DNA from: Bdellovibrionota bacterium
GTDB lineage: Bacteria; Bdellovibrionota; UBA1018; UBA923
Reading direction: 5' to 3'
Assembly: GCA_040754655.1 (NCBI GenBank)
Contig: JBFMCE010000008.1
Span: forward strand, 1-55,115
Length of the DNA stretch: 55,115 bases
In this document: in pieces, positions 28,409-37,679 of the stretch
Layout: each line of letters begins with the position of its first letter
Position numbering within the stretch: the first letter of the stretch is position 1
The notes under the pieces: generated by a model
What the model was told of the DNA's origin: nothing
The model's database searches: none
Seen by the model: the letters and a program-made list of their open reading frames with translations, nothing else
Position numbers and translations under genes: made by a program

Positions 28409-28987
28409 TTAATCTCTAGGCTCTTTTGTCTCGCGTATGACGAAGGTATTACGAATGATATCTTCTCTTGACTCAGTACCCGCAATAAGCTTTGCCAAAG
28501 CCTCTTCCGAGAGTTTTTTTGTATATTCCCAATTGATCATCGCGTAATTAAAGTCCCCCTCCCACTGACTGCCATCTTCGTCGTCAGTAATTGTAAGTTT
28601 TGGCTCGTATTTTGAGAGGACAGCGTCAACGGCTTGGATATATTGTTGCAGCGCTGAGATGTTTTCTTCTTTTGTAGCTACCGAAGATCTGACGGAAATG
28701 GACCTATCAATAAATTTGTATCGAACACGTCGAATATAATGGTTCGGGTCACTGAGATCTGTGGGTAACCCATACCAATGAAAGCTCAGACCCTGGTCAA
28801 TGAGACGCTGCCTGCTGTTTTCAATTGAGTCAAAATCCGCATCCAGCTCAGCCGCAGAAACCTGAGTAAGCTTTGGCTTGGGAGCTTCGTTGCCACCTCC
28901 TCCCGCGCCGGAAGGGCCCTTGCTTGAACAGGCCAGAGCCATCAGAGCCAGTGCTAAGAGAGAACTTTTCTTCAAAAAACCACGCAT
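28409..28987 (-). CDS. Lipoprotein, paralog of the downstream gene
   Basis: ALAC-SSKGPSGAGGGG; AELDAD, VRYKF and ISALQQYI..VLSKY. Confidence 0.8.
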   Translation of the reverse strand: MRGFLKKSSLLALALMALACSSKGPSGAGGGGNEAPKPKLTQVSAAELDADFDSIENSRQRLIDQGLSFHWYGLPTDLSDPNHYIRRVRYKFIDRSISVRSSVATKEENISALQQYIQAVDAVLSKYEPKLTITDDEDGSQWEGDFNYAMINWEYTKKLSEEALAKLIAGTESREDIIRNTFVIRETKEPRD

Positions 28988-29028
28988 ACAAAGCGCCTTT
29001 CGCTCGTTAAGTTTTTACAAACACGCGT

Positions 29029-29059
29029 AGAGTACAATAAGTTGACTTATTTAGTCAAC
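29029..29059 (-). promoter_or_regulatory. Sigma-70-like promoter with overlapping GTTGACT-N5-AGTCAAC inverted repeat
   Basis: Minus strand TTGACT-N18-TACTCT; inverted repeat at 29041-29059. Confidence 0.6.
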
Positions 29060-29151
29060 AAATAGTTACATTCCAGCACTTTTTGCCCGTCTGTTTTGCA
29101 ATAACCTGTCGCAACCGTTACACTTTTAGCTAGGAAAGGTGGCCCATAGCC

Positions 29152-29748
29152 ATGGCGATGTCACGAGATCTCTTGCCCGCAGATATGGATTGGATTCATG
29201 AGTTGGCGAAAAACGAAATCAACCCTGAAGCAGCCAACATCTTCAACGCTGTAAACCAATTCGATCCAAAACAAATCATTGAAGAGAGCACGATCGAGTT
29301 TTTAGAGAGCCTGCGCGAGCTTTTCACCACCTACGCCAGGGTTTTTAATAGCTATAGCGAAGGCAACAACAAGTTCAGCGATATGAAAATCTATGGCATC
29401 ACCAACACAGCCGCTGATTTCATGTTGTTCCGAAACAATGTGAAGCTGGTCTTCGCCAACACCGCCCACGGCATCATCAATTCAACTTTCACACAGCATG
29501 TGAGAGACGATCTCTCGGTAGATGGCACCAAATCGCTGAAGCAGTCGCAAGACATCTTGGCTCAGATGGGCCCTTTCATGGATGTCTCGTGGACTTACCA
29601 AGGCGAGAAGGTAAATCCTCAAAGGCTTGTGAAGTATTACTTCGTCGAATTCATCAGAGCCTCAAGAGTGGCCAGGAAGGGCTCGACAAACCAACTCTTG
29701 CTTAAGCAGATCAAGGCCTTGCTCCAAGATCAAGGGATCGATCTGTAA
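29152..29748 (+). CDS. Hypothetical cytoplasmic protein
   Basis: RBS GGAAAGGTGG, coherent 198-aa ORF, no recognised motif. Confidence 0.75.
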   Translation: MAMSRDLLPADMDWIHELAKNEINPEAANIFNAVNQFDPKQIIEESTIEFLESLRELFTTYARVFNSYSEGNNKFSDMKIYGITNTAADFMLFRNNVKLVFANTAHGIINSTFTQHVRDDLSVDGTKSLKQSQDILAQMGPFMDVSWTYQGEKVNPQRLVKYYFVEFIRASRVARKGSTNQLLLKQIKALLQDQGIDL

Positions 29749-30558
29749 CTGGCGCACAAGATCAGAACCATTGAGCGAGAAGTCGACTTCGGTATCGAAT
29801 TGCCCGGGCCTTGCGACAATGAGGTTGGGATCAAATCCGAAAGACTCCGCGATCAGCAAACCAAATTCATACCACGAGAGCTTCGTGAGCCCCCCAAGAT
29901 TATAAGTTCTATTTTGCGTCTCAGAGGTCGCAGCCCATTCGATGGCTTGCAATGCGACGTTGATCGACAAGAACGAATGGATCTCGTTCTGCGGAAGCTC
30001 TACTTGTTGCCCGCGCTCAAGCTTGATGCGAATGCGGTCAAATGGGCTCGGATGGTACAGACTGCCCAAACCAAACACCGGCGAGAGCCTTAAGATAGTG
30101 GAAGTGAGGAATTTGCTTCGCACATAGTTCTCGCCAGCAAGTTTTCCTTTCCCAAAGTTGGTCTGAGGCAAAACAACATCGCCTTCTGAAAAGTTTCCCT
30201 TTCGCCCGTCATAAACATAGGCGCTCGAGAGAAAAATGAATCGATGCGAAATAGTATCTGATGCTCCGGCAACGACGACGGGCCCGAAGCTATTGACGGC
30301 CTCGGCGACCCTAGGCTTCTTGGCGCACTCGACGAAATCGGTGACGCCTGCGCAATAAATGATCACATCTGGTTTCACCAGCATGATCATGCGCTTCATG
30401 TAATCGCGGTCATTTAAGGTGTAGAGAAAGTGAGAGACTCCCGGGAATCGAAGAATGTTTCGGCTGAACGCAGCCACGACCTTGTGCCTTTTTCGCAGGT
30501 AATTGACCACGTTTGATCCGATAAAGCCGCTAGCGCCGATCACCAAAATAGTCTTCAT
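29662..30558 (-). CDS. SDR oxidoreductase, dTDP-4-dehydrorhamnose reductase (RmlD)-like
   Basis: GASGFIG, CAG, LSSAYVYDG and FGKGKLAGE. The catalytic YxxxK appears as FxxxK. Confidence 0.8.
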   Translation of the reverse strand: MKTILVIGASGFIGSNVVNYLRKRHKVVAAFSRNILRFPGVSHFLYTLNDRDYMKRMIMLVKPDVIIYCAGVTDFVECAKKPRVAEAVNSFGPVVVAGASDTISHRFIFLSSAYVYDGRKGNFSEGDVVLPQTNFGKGKLAGENYVRSKFLTSTILRLSPVFGLGSLYHPSPFDRIRIKLERGQQVELPQNEIHSFLSINVALQAIEWAATSETQNRTYNLGGLTKLSWYEFGLLIAESFGFDPNLIVARPGQFDTEVDFSLNGSDLVRQLQIDPLILEQGLDLLKQELVCRALPGHS

Positions 30559-30583
30559 GCTTCAAACATTGTACACTCAACTC

Positions 30584-31060
30584 ATGCGGGCACTCAATCG
30601 ACTCGGTTTAGCCCTATGCATCATTTTGTATTTTTCCAGGCCTTCGCTGGCAGGCCCTCGCGCCGACCATTGGTCAGGCTTTGACATCGGCACGATGGTG
30701 CCGTTTCCATCGCTCATCGGAGCCATCATCGGCTTCAACCTTCAAGATGACGCACGCCTCTCTTTTGGAGGCGGCCACTTCGACCGTTACGCCAATTATC
30801 AGATCTTTGACGCAAAGCTCTTTTTCACGCCAACAGCGCTTTCAGGCTATATCGGCGGCGGGCTCGATTTCTTGGTCGGAAAGCGCGGCAAAGTATGGAT
30901 TTGGGATCTCAACTTTGATCGCGCTTTTGTTCCATACCTTCAAATCGGCATCGACTATCAAGACCCCTCGGGCTTTCATGCAACCTTGAACGTGGCAGGA
31001 ACAGCACCCAATGGCGAACCCATCGTGATGCCAGGGCTTGCCGTCGGGTGGTATTTCTAA
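30584..31060 (+). CDS. Putative small outer-membrane beta-barrel protein
   Basis: Signal peptide, amphipathic strands and C-terminal GLAVGWYF beta-signal. Confidence 0.65.
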   Translation: MRALNRLGLALCIILYFSRPSLAGPRADHWSGFDIGTMVPFPSLIGAIIGFNLQDDARLSFGGGHFDRYANYQIFDAKLFFTPTALSGYIGGGLDFLVGKRGKVWIWDLNFDRAFVPYLQIGIDYQDPSGFHATLNVAGTAPNGEPIVMPGLAVGWYF

Positions 31061-31073
31061 TAGAAAAGAGTTC

Positions 31074-31496
31074 ATGACGACTCTTGAACTCAAACGACTC
31101 AATCCTGAAGCAAAACTTCCTTCACGCGCCCATCCTGACGATGCAGGCCTAGACTTGTATTGCCTAAACGATGTCTCGCTTTTTCCGCACGAGCCTGTGC
31201 GTGTCGCGACGGGAATCGCAATGGCTATTCCATCAGGCTGTGTGGGTCTGATTTGCGATCGCAGTTCACTGGGCGCAAAGGGCATTCGAACCTTGGGTGG
31301 AGTGGTCGATGCTGGATATCGCGGTGAAGTGCAGGTCATTCTAATGAACTTGCGGAATGAACCCGTCACCTTGACCAAGGGAGACAAGATCGCGCAGATG
31401 CTGATTTTGCCTGTAAATTTGTGCGAGGTGAAAGAAACAACTGAGTTGCCTCATGCGATGAGAGCCGAGAAGGGATTTGGCAGTTCTGGTCGTTAG
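31074..31496 (+). CDS. dut: dUTP diphosphatase
   Basis: DAGLDL, DRSS, GVVDAGYRGE, KIAQM and RAEKGFGSSG motifs. Confidence 0.96.
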   Translation: MTTLELKRLNPEAKLPSRAHPDDAGLDLYCLNDVSLFPHEPVRVATGIAMAIPSGCVGLICDRSSLGAKGIRTLGGVVDAGYRGEVQVILMNLRNEPVTLTKGDKIAQMLILPVNLCEVKETTELPHAMRAEKGFGSSGR

Positions 31497-31570
31497 TGAG
31501 AGCAACGTTGAAATAATACTCTCGCAAGGGTCTAGATCTTTACAGAGGTAAAGTCCCCAAGCATAATGAC

Positions 31571-31975
31571 TTGAAGACTATGCTTCGAAGATTAACCGCC
31601 GGGCTAACCGTTTCTGGACTTTGCCTTACTCTTTCAATGCTTGTCGCCTCCGGAAATACGGCGGTGACTCAGCCTGGGCGCCTCATGCCGTCACCTGCCG
31701 CTGCGGTCCTCAATGAAAAACAACGAGATGCTTATAAGAATTACCTCAAAGCAAAGAGCTCTGCCTCTGAGAAAGCTAGACTTCAGACAGAAATTCGCTC
31801 TTTAGAGAGCGTCTTAGGCCAACTGACAAAACAAAAACAACAAAGCCCCAATACCGCGAAAAGCGATGACGATATTCGATTCACCCAAGAGCTTCTTGAG
31901 CAACACCGCGCAGATTTGAAAGAGCTTGAAGAAAGCGAAGTGCGCGGATGCCCTGAATGCGTAGGTGAGCGTTAA
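31571..31975 (+). CDS. Secreted hypothetical coiled-coil protein with C-terminal CxxC
   Basis: TTG start, signal-like N-terminus, heptads and GCPEC end. Confidence 0.6.
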   Translation: MKTMLRRLTAGLTVSGLCLTLSMLVASGNTAVTQPGRLMPSPAAAVLNEKQRDAYKNYLKAKSSASEKARLQTEIRSLESVLGQLTKQKQQSPNTAKSDDDIRFTQELLEQHRADLKELEESEVRGCPECVGER

Positions 31976-32018
31976 TGCCCACAGAAACCGCGGGCCTACG
32001 TCTGAGAGTGATATTTTT

Positions 32019-32909
32019 TCAGAGCGAATCCAATCCCCAGAACCAGAGTTGCTCGAGCGTCTTTTCCGAAATTTCTGAAAACGGCTTTAACAACGCCAAG
32101 TGTCCTGAGTGCACCAAGGCTGAGCTTGGCAATTGAGACCGAATCCAATCATTTGATTTTGGATGGGTCAGCCAGAGCAAACTTGGTCTGTTCTTCAACG
32201 CAACCGTCACGAGGCAATGCAACGCCTGCGGATCTCCGCCCCATTCATGGATGATTCCATGCAGATCTTGACCGCGATCGATTCCGATATAAGCGAGAAC
32301 CGTTCCGTCGTTGGTGATCCACTGCAGGCGGGTGCAGCTCTTGATGTCTTTCAAAGCGTTCCAGTGGCGATCTGTTCTTGCCACGCGCATCGGGTGCTTT
32401 TCATAGAGTTCCTTCACTTGAGCCCAATCCCATCCGTAAATGGGCGTGCCTTCCGGCCAAAACGTGGGTGAACGCAAGTCAGAAAGACCGTATATTTCTT
32501 GGAGGCCGACCTTGCGGTATCCCAGCTTTTCATAGAATTCGTACCGATCGCTCCAGAGGATCAGGCCCTTGGCTTCGCTCGTATCACGCGACTGAAGCGC
32601 TGCTGCCTCGAGTTCGGTCAAAACTTTCCTCGAAAACCCTTTTCCTCGATATTCTTGGTGAGTCGCCACGGCGCCTACGATGGCAAGCCGCAATGTTTCA
32701 TCTTTGATGACGGCGGTCACCGGATAAAGGGTGCCCGAAGCGATGATCTGATCTCGGTCCCAAAGCAGGCGAGAGCTTGAGAGCGAACCCGCTTCAAAAA
32801 GGGGGGCGAAGTCTACGACGTAGCTCTGCGGTGAAGTGTAACCGAAGTTCTCGTCGAGGAACCTTTTCCAGTCATTAAACTCTTCTCGTTTACATGGCCT
32901 GCTTTCCAT
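32019..32909 (-). CDS. GNAT family N-acetyltransferase (Eis-like)
   Basis: VGAVATHQEYRGKGFS motif A and FYEKLGY motif B. Confidence 0.87.
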   Translation of the reverse strand: MESRPCKREEFNDWKRFLDENFGYTSPQSYVVDFAPLFEAGSLSSSRLLWDRDQIIASGTLYPVTAVIKDETLRLAIVGAVATHQEYRGKGFSRKVLTELEAAALQSRDTSEAKGLILWSDRYEFYEKLGYRKVGLQEIYGLSDLRSPTFWPEGTPIYGWDWAQVKELYEKHPMRVARTDRHWNALKDIKSCTRLQWITNDGTVLAYIGIDRGQDLHGIIHEWGGDPQALHCLVTVALKNRPSLLWLTHPKSNDWIRSQLPSSALVHSGHLALLKPFSEISEKTLEQLWFWGLDSL

Positions 32910-33014
32910 AGCACACCGTCCTTATATATAGAGTAACCGGCTGGACTCGCCCAATCACTGGGCAGTTCGTGCCGGTCAAATCCTGGCCGTGTCACACGGA
33001 CATGTGTTTTTCCC

Positions 33015-33041
33015 TAAAGGCACAAATGGCTCTGCCGATAA
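33015..33041 (+). promoter_or_regulatory. Sigma-28 (FliA) promoter of flagellin
   Basis: TAAA-N15-GCCGATAA consensus. Confidence 0.9.
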
Positions 33042-33110
33042 AGAGGGTGTGAGGCTTGAGGAGCAGATTTTGATTTAACCCCTCAAGAGTAAATTTCAGG
33101 GAGGAAATTT

Positions 33111-33953
33111 ATGGGACTCCGCGTTAATACCAATATTGCATCGCTCAACTCGCAAAGGCATTTGCGACTGACGCGTCAAAACTTGGATAGAAGTTTAGAG
33201 AGATTGTCTTCAGGCTCAAAGATCAATCGAGCCGGGGATGATGCCGCGGGACTGGCGATCTCTGAAAATTTAAGAGCTCAGATCAGAGGATTGGGCCAAG
33301 CAGAGCGCAACGCAATGGATGGCGTGAGCCTTGTTCAGGTCGCAGAAGGCGGCTTGCAAGAAATCAGCAACATCCTCATTCGATTGCGCGAACTCGCGGT
33401 ACAGGCTGCTTCTGACACCGTCGGGCCGACTGAGCGCAAGTTTCTCAATACAGAGTACGATGCGCTCATGTCTGAAATCGACCGTATCGCAAACGCCACC
33501 GAGTTCAACCGCATCCCTCTGCTCAACGGCACAGGCAGCGTGTTTGATATCCAGGTCGGCACGAGAAACAACCCGAATGTCGACCGCATCACCTTTTTCG
33601 ACTCATCAAGCGCTGATGTGAGTGCGGTGGCATTAGGCATCAATCTTAGCAGCGTCGCCGATAAGGCAAGCGCGCAAAACACTTTATCCGCGATAGACAA
33701 CGCCATCGTCTCGGTATCATCGATACGAGCCGACTTCGGCGCCATGCAAAACAGGTTACAAGCCATCATCAACAACCTCGCGATCAGCATCGAGAATATG
33801 AGCGCGGCGAACAGCCGTATCAGAGACACTGATGTCGCCTCTGAAACGTCTGAACTCACCAAGAACAATATTCTCATGCAAGCAGGCACCGCGGTGCTTG
33901 CTCAAGCGAACGCGTCGATCACGAGCGCACTGAGTTTGTTGAAGACGGGTTAG
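33111..33953 (+). CDS. fliC: Flagellin
   Basis: RVNTNIASL, LSSGSKINRAGDDAAGLAI, GAMQNRL and SRIRDTD motifs. Confidence 0.97.
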   Translation: MGLRVNTNIASLNSQRHLRLTRQNLDRSLERLSSGSKINRAGDDAAGLAISENLRAQIRGLGQAERNAMDGVSLVQVAEGGLQEISNILIRLRELAVQAASDTVGPTERKFLNTEYDALMSEIDRIANATEFNRIPLLNGTGSVFDIQVGTRNNPNVDRITFFDSSSADVSAVALGINLSSVADKASAQNTLSAIDNAIVSVSSIRADFGAMQNRLQAIINNLAISIENMSAANSRIRDTDVASETSELTKNNILMQAGTAVLAQANASITSALSLLKTG

Positions 33954-34188
33954 TAAAAGACTGAACCCCCACCATTTGTGGGTTTAGACAGGCAGTAACG
34001 CCTGGTCTGTTTCCTGTGGATTGAACGGGGAAGCGCATTGAAAAGTGCGTTTCCCTCAAGATCCAGCCAAAGGAAAATGCGGTTCATCGATTGGTGAAGA
34101 ATCGCCAGGGTTTTTGGTGGAAACAGTTGTTTAACCGGTGGGTGCAGGCAATAACGCAGGCGCCCACCAAGCAGTACTTGTTTCAATG

Positions 34189-34266
34189 GGGCATGGAAGC
34201 CCGCCCTCGTAAGGAAACGATGGGATCTCGTCAAGGAGGATAGGCGTATGAACGGAGGCTAGGAAC
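34189..34266 (+). promoter_or_regulatory. Cluster of ANGGA motifs, two clearly in hairpin loops (putative CsrA sites), in the second flagellin leader
   Basis: GGGC-ATGGAA-GCCC, TCGT-AAGGAA-ACGA, AAGGA (34233) and ACGGA (34252). Confidence 0.6.
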
Positions 34267-35100
34267 ATGGGATTTAGAATAGTAACAAACACTGCGGCCC
34301 TCAATGCTCAGCGAACTTTAGGCGTTAATAGGCGAATGCTTGATAAGAGTTTTGAAAAACTTTCATCAGGCTCGCGAATCAATCGCGCTGGCGATGATGC
34401 CGCTGGACTTGCGATCTCTGAAAACTTAATCGCGCAGATTAGAGGCATGAGACAAGCGAAGCGCAACGCGCAAGACGGCATCAGCTTGATTCAAGTTTCT
34501 GAAGGCGGACTCAATGAAATCTCGAACATCCTTGTGCGTCTTCGCGAACTTGCGGTGCAAGCTGCTTCTGACACGGTAGGCGACGTTGAACGAAAGTTCA
34601 CCGATCGTGAATACCAAAGTCTGAAGGAAGAAATCGACCGTATCTCGAATGCCACTGAATTCAACGGAACCCCGCTTCTGAATGGAAGAGCGGGCATCCT
34701 AGAGTTTCAGGTGGGCACTCGAAACAACCCTCTGCTTGACCGAATCGTATACAACGGCGAAAGCGCCAATGCGACCCTGGCAAGCTTGAAGTTGGGTGGC
34801 GAAGCGGTATCGACGAAGCTTGGAGCTCAAACATCGCTTGCGGTCATCGATGATGCCTTGGTTCAGGTGAACTCGATTCGCTCTGACCTCGGTGCCATGC
34901 AGAACAGGCTCCAAAGCACGATCAACAACTTGGCAATCGCGGATGAAAACCTCTCGTCAGCAAATTCACGTATTCGTGATGTTGACGTAGCGGAAGAAAG
35001 CTCTGAGCTCACCCGCAACAGCATCTTGTTGCAGGCAGGAACTTCGGTTCTGGCTCAAGCCAACTTCGCGAGTAAGTTAGCTCTGAAGTTGTTAGAATAA
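34267..35100 (+). CDS. fliC: Flagellin (second paralog)
   Basis: Same conserved N- and C-terminal flagellin motifs. Confidence 0.97.
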   Translation: MGFRIVTNTAALNAQRTLGVNRRMLDKSFEKLSSGSRINRAGDDAAGLAISENLIAQIRGMRQAKRNAQDGISLIQVSEGGLNEISNILVRLRELAVQAASDTVGDVERKFTDREYQSLKEEIDRISNATEFNGTPLLNGRAGILEFQVGTRNNPLLDRIVYNGESANATLASLKLGGEAVSTKLGAQTSLAVIDDALVQVNSIRSDLGAMQNRLQSTINNLAIADENLSSANSRIRDVDVAEESSELTRNSILLQAGTSVLAQANFASKLALKLLE

Positions 35101-35113
35101 GCCGAAAACCCTG

Positions 35114-35164
35114 GCAGCCCCGGTGAGAGCTCTTTAAGAGCGCTCGCCGGGGTTACTTATTTTT
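35114..35164 (+). terminator. Intrinsic terminator after the flagellins
   Basis: GCAGCCCCGGTGAG...CTCGCCGGGGTTAC stem followed by TTATTTTT. Confidence 0.8.
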
Positions 35165-35178
35165 GCCGCCAGACAAAT

Positions 35179-35742
35179 TTAGTTCGTAAAACCGAAGCTC
35201 AGACCGCCCCAGATTTGAACTTGGCTTCCGACCAAGATGTAAGGCGCGGCTCGAAATAAAAATCCGCCATCGCCGCGATATTCGTAACCGCCGCCCAGCA
35301 CGGCCAAAGCGCCGCTGCCAGAGAACGCATAGTCATCAACCTTTGCCGAAGCGAATACCAGGTCAAGACCACCGGTCAAGAATCCACGGCTAGAATGAGG
35401 CGAGAAATAAACATTTGTATAAACAGGAAGGATAAGCACCGAGGCTTTAATATTGCCCGCAGAGGCGCCCCAGTAAGACATTCCCAATCCTACGCCCACA
35501 GACTCTGAAACCGAACGGTCATAGTTAAAGCTGTAAAGCGCGGCTCGCCCTAGCGCTTCGATTGAGAAGGCATTTGGCCTTTCAGTCGCGACAGGTTTCT
35601 TATCTTGAGGTTCGCTGATGTTTGCCGTGACGGTGGCTTCTTTTTTCGTGTCTTGAGCCATTGCGGCTGCTTGGAAAGAAACGAATACCAGGGTTACGGC
35701 CAAAGCGCCGGTCATCTTGTTCAAAACTGCAGATTTAGACAT
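35179..35742 (-). CDS. Putative outer-membrane beta-barrel protein
   Basis: Signal peptide (AAAMA), alternating strands, GYEYR..GFLFR and GLSFGF near the C-terminus. Confidence 0.7.
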   Translation of the reverse strand: MSKSAVLNKMTGALAVTLVFVSFQAAAMAQDTKKEATVTANISEPQDKKPVATERPNAFSIEALGRAALYSFNYDRSVSESVGVGLGMSYWGASAGNIKASVLILPVYTNVYFSPHSSRGFLTGGLDLVFASAKVDDYAFSGSGALAVLGGGYEYRGDGGFLFRAAPYILVGSQVQIWGGLSFGFTN

Positions 35743-35792
35743 GCAAATAAGTCCTCAAAGTAAAAAAGTTTATATGCTCTGCTTACACAGTT

Positions 35793-35809
35793 TGCAGTTA
35801 AAGTGCCAG
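35793..35809 (-). promoter_or_regulatory. Sigma-54 (-24/-12) promoter
   Basis: CTGGCACTTTAACTGCA (GG-N10-GC) upstream of the OMP gene. Confidence 0.65.
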
Positions 35810-35993
35810 TTTTTACGCGATTCTCGGCGCACCCATCTGTTACTTTTGCTGTCTAATGTTTTGACAGGTGTTCAACCAGAACCCGCCATAACCAACATCA
35901 ATAAAGCCAGTTGTGCACATATTCATTGAGATTATTTAGCAATATACAGTTGATCTGCCGACCTATATGCAAGCCCCACTACCGACCGATAGT

Positions 35994-37679
35994 TTACCGC
36001 CACCCTTTGAAAACCAGCCGTAAGAAGCCCACCGCCCCAAAGAAGAAAAAAATCAACGACGGCACGGGGTAATGCTTCCAGATCAAATGATCGGTCTTCA
36101 TCTGCAAGCTCAGCGCCGCCGCGATGAATAGACCTGAAACGATGATTGAGAACCCGACACCACGATAACCGCGCTCAAGCTGACGCCTGATCACCTCGGT
36201 TTCTTTGAACTTCAGCTCAAAGGCGAAATCATTGCTGTTGAACTTTCGAAACATCCACCGGATCTGCCGAGGCGCCACCTGCAAGAGCGCATTCAGATCG
36301 CGAACAACGAAGGCGAATTCCTTGGACATCCGTTGAAAGGAATAACGATCACGGATGAGATCTTTGATGAGCTCATTGCCAACGCCAAGCATGTCAAAAT
36401 CTGGATCAAGCTGACGGCCCATGCCCTCTAAAGTGAAAATCGCCTTGAACACGATCATCCAGTCGCTCGGGATCTTGATATTGTATTTAACAGCGATCCG
36501 CGTGCTGTTGATGAGCACAACGCCGATGTTGAGATCTTTAAGCGAAAGGCCCATGTACGGCGCCACTGAGTTTCGCACCTCTCGCTGAAAGCCCTCGAAG
36601 TCTATTCCCGTGCCAGATGCGCCCAGGTCAGCGTACTCATAACAAAGGGTCTCGTAATCTTCGAGCATGAGGCCCACCATCATCCTCGAAAACGCATCTC
36701 GAGCCTTCTGGCTAAGCCTGCCCACGATTCCAAAATCAATCACGCCGATTTGAACTTGGCCTGAGGCCTGGTCGCGCATCGCAAACAAGTTTCCGCCGTG
36801 CAGATCCCCATGGAAAAGCCCGTCATGGAGAACCATCTTGAAAAACGCGCGAACTCCGATATCCACCAGCTCTTTCGGAGCGATCCCCAACCTTTTGAGG
36901 CCTTCCACATCATTGATGCGCACGCCTCTCAAGCGTTCGAGGGTCAAGATGCGGTGAGTAGTGAGCCTGCGGTAAACCCTTGGGATGATGACACGCGGGT
37001 TGTCTCGGAAATTCTCACCCACGCGCATCGTGGTGTTCGCTTCGATGACGAAATCGAGCTCATAGGTGAGTACGGCGAAGAACTCTTCGACCATCTGCAC
37101 AGGGCTCAAGACCCTGAGCTCGGGCAAATACTTTTCGACCATGCCCGCCAAGAAACGCAGAATCGAAACATCCGTCTTGATTGATTTTTCGATATCAGGA
37201 CGCTGAACTTTGACGACGACTTCCTCGCCGCTCGGCAAATTCGCTTCGTGAACTTGACCAATGCTAGCGCTTGCTAAAGGAATCTCATTGAAGCTTGAGA
37301 AGTGTTCTTCAAGCTTGCCACCCAACTCTCGCTCTACCTGGGCTCGAATCACATCAAATGGAAGCGGAGCCACATTGTCTTGAAGCTTCTTGAACTCTTC
37401 GATGAATGCGTCTGGGACCATGTCGGGGCGATTGCTCAAAAGCTGCCCTAACTTCACGAACGTCGGCCCCAGAGACTCAAAAGCCATTCGCAGGCGCTCT
37501 GGGATCGTGAGCTTTTCAACCCCCTCATCGCGCGCGGTCGCTGGCAAGTAGCGCTCAAGACCCATGCGAATAAGAAACTCTTCAAGCCCATGGCGGGCGA
37601 ACGTGCCCAATATGGTGCGAAGACGGCCTACATTCTTAACGGCTTGGGTGACTTGTTTTCCAGTTCTAAACAGCTGCAT
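35994..37679 (-). CDS. UbiB/AarF/ABC1 atypical kinase
   Basis: LGPTFVKLGQ, ASASIGQVH, VKVQRP, ELDF, HGDLHGGN and IDFG motifs; C-terminal TMs. Confidence 0.93.
   Translation of the reverse strand: MQLFRTGKQVTQAVKNVGRLRTILGTFARHGLEEFLIRMGLERYLPATARDEGVEKLTIPERLRMAFESLGPTFVKLGQLLSNRPDMVPDAFIEEFKKLQDNVAPLPFDVIRAQVERELGGKLEEHFSSFNEIPLASASIGQVHEANLPSGEEVVVKVQRPDIEKSIKTDVSILRFLAGMVEKYLPELRVLSPVQMVEEFFAVLTYELDFVIEANTTMRVGENFRDNPRVIIPRVYRRLTTHRILTLERLRGVRINDVEGLKRLGIAPKELVDIGVRAFFKMVLHDGLFHGDLHGGNLFAMRDQASGQVQIGVIDFGIVGRLSQKARDAFSRMMVGLMLEDYETLCYEYADLGASGTGIDFEGFQREVRNSVAPYMGLSLKDLNIGVVLINSTRIAVKYNIKIPSDWMIVFKAIFTLEGMGRQLDPDFDMLGVGNELIKDLIRDRYSFQRMSKEFAFVVRDLNALLQVAPRQIRWMFRKFNSNDFAFELKFKETEVIRRQLERGYRGVGFSIIVSGLFIAAALSLQMKTDHLIWKHYPVPSLIFFFFGAVGFLRLVFKGWR

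Noticed and set aside
33335..33889. Long antisense ORFs here and at 8858-9556, 30842-31387 and 50925-51446
   Set aside because: They are antisense shadows of well-supported genes.
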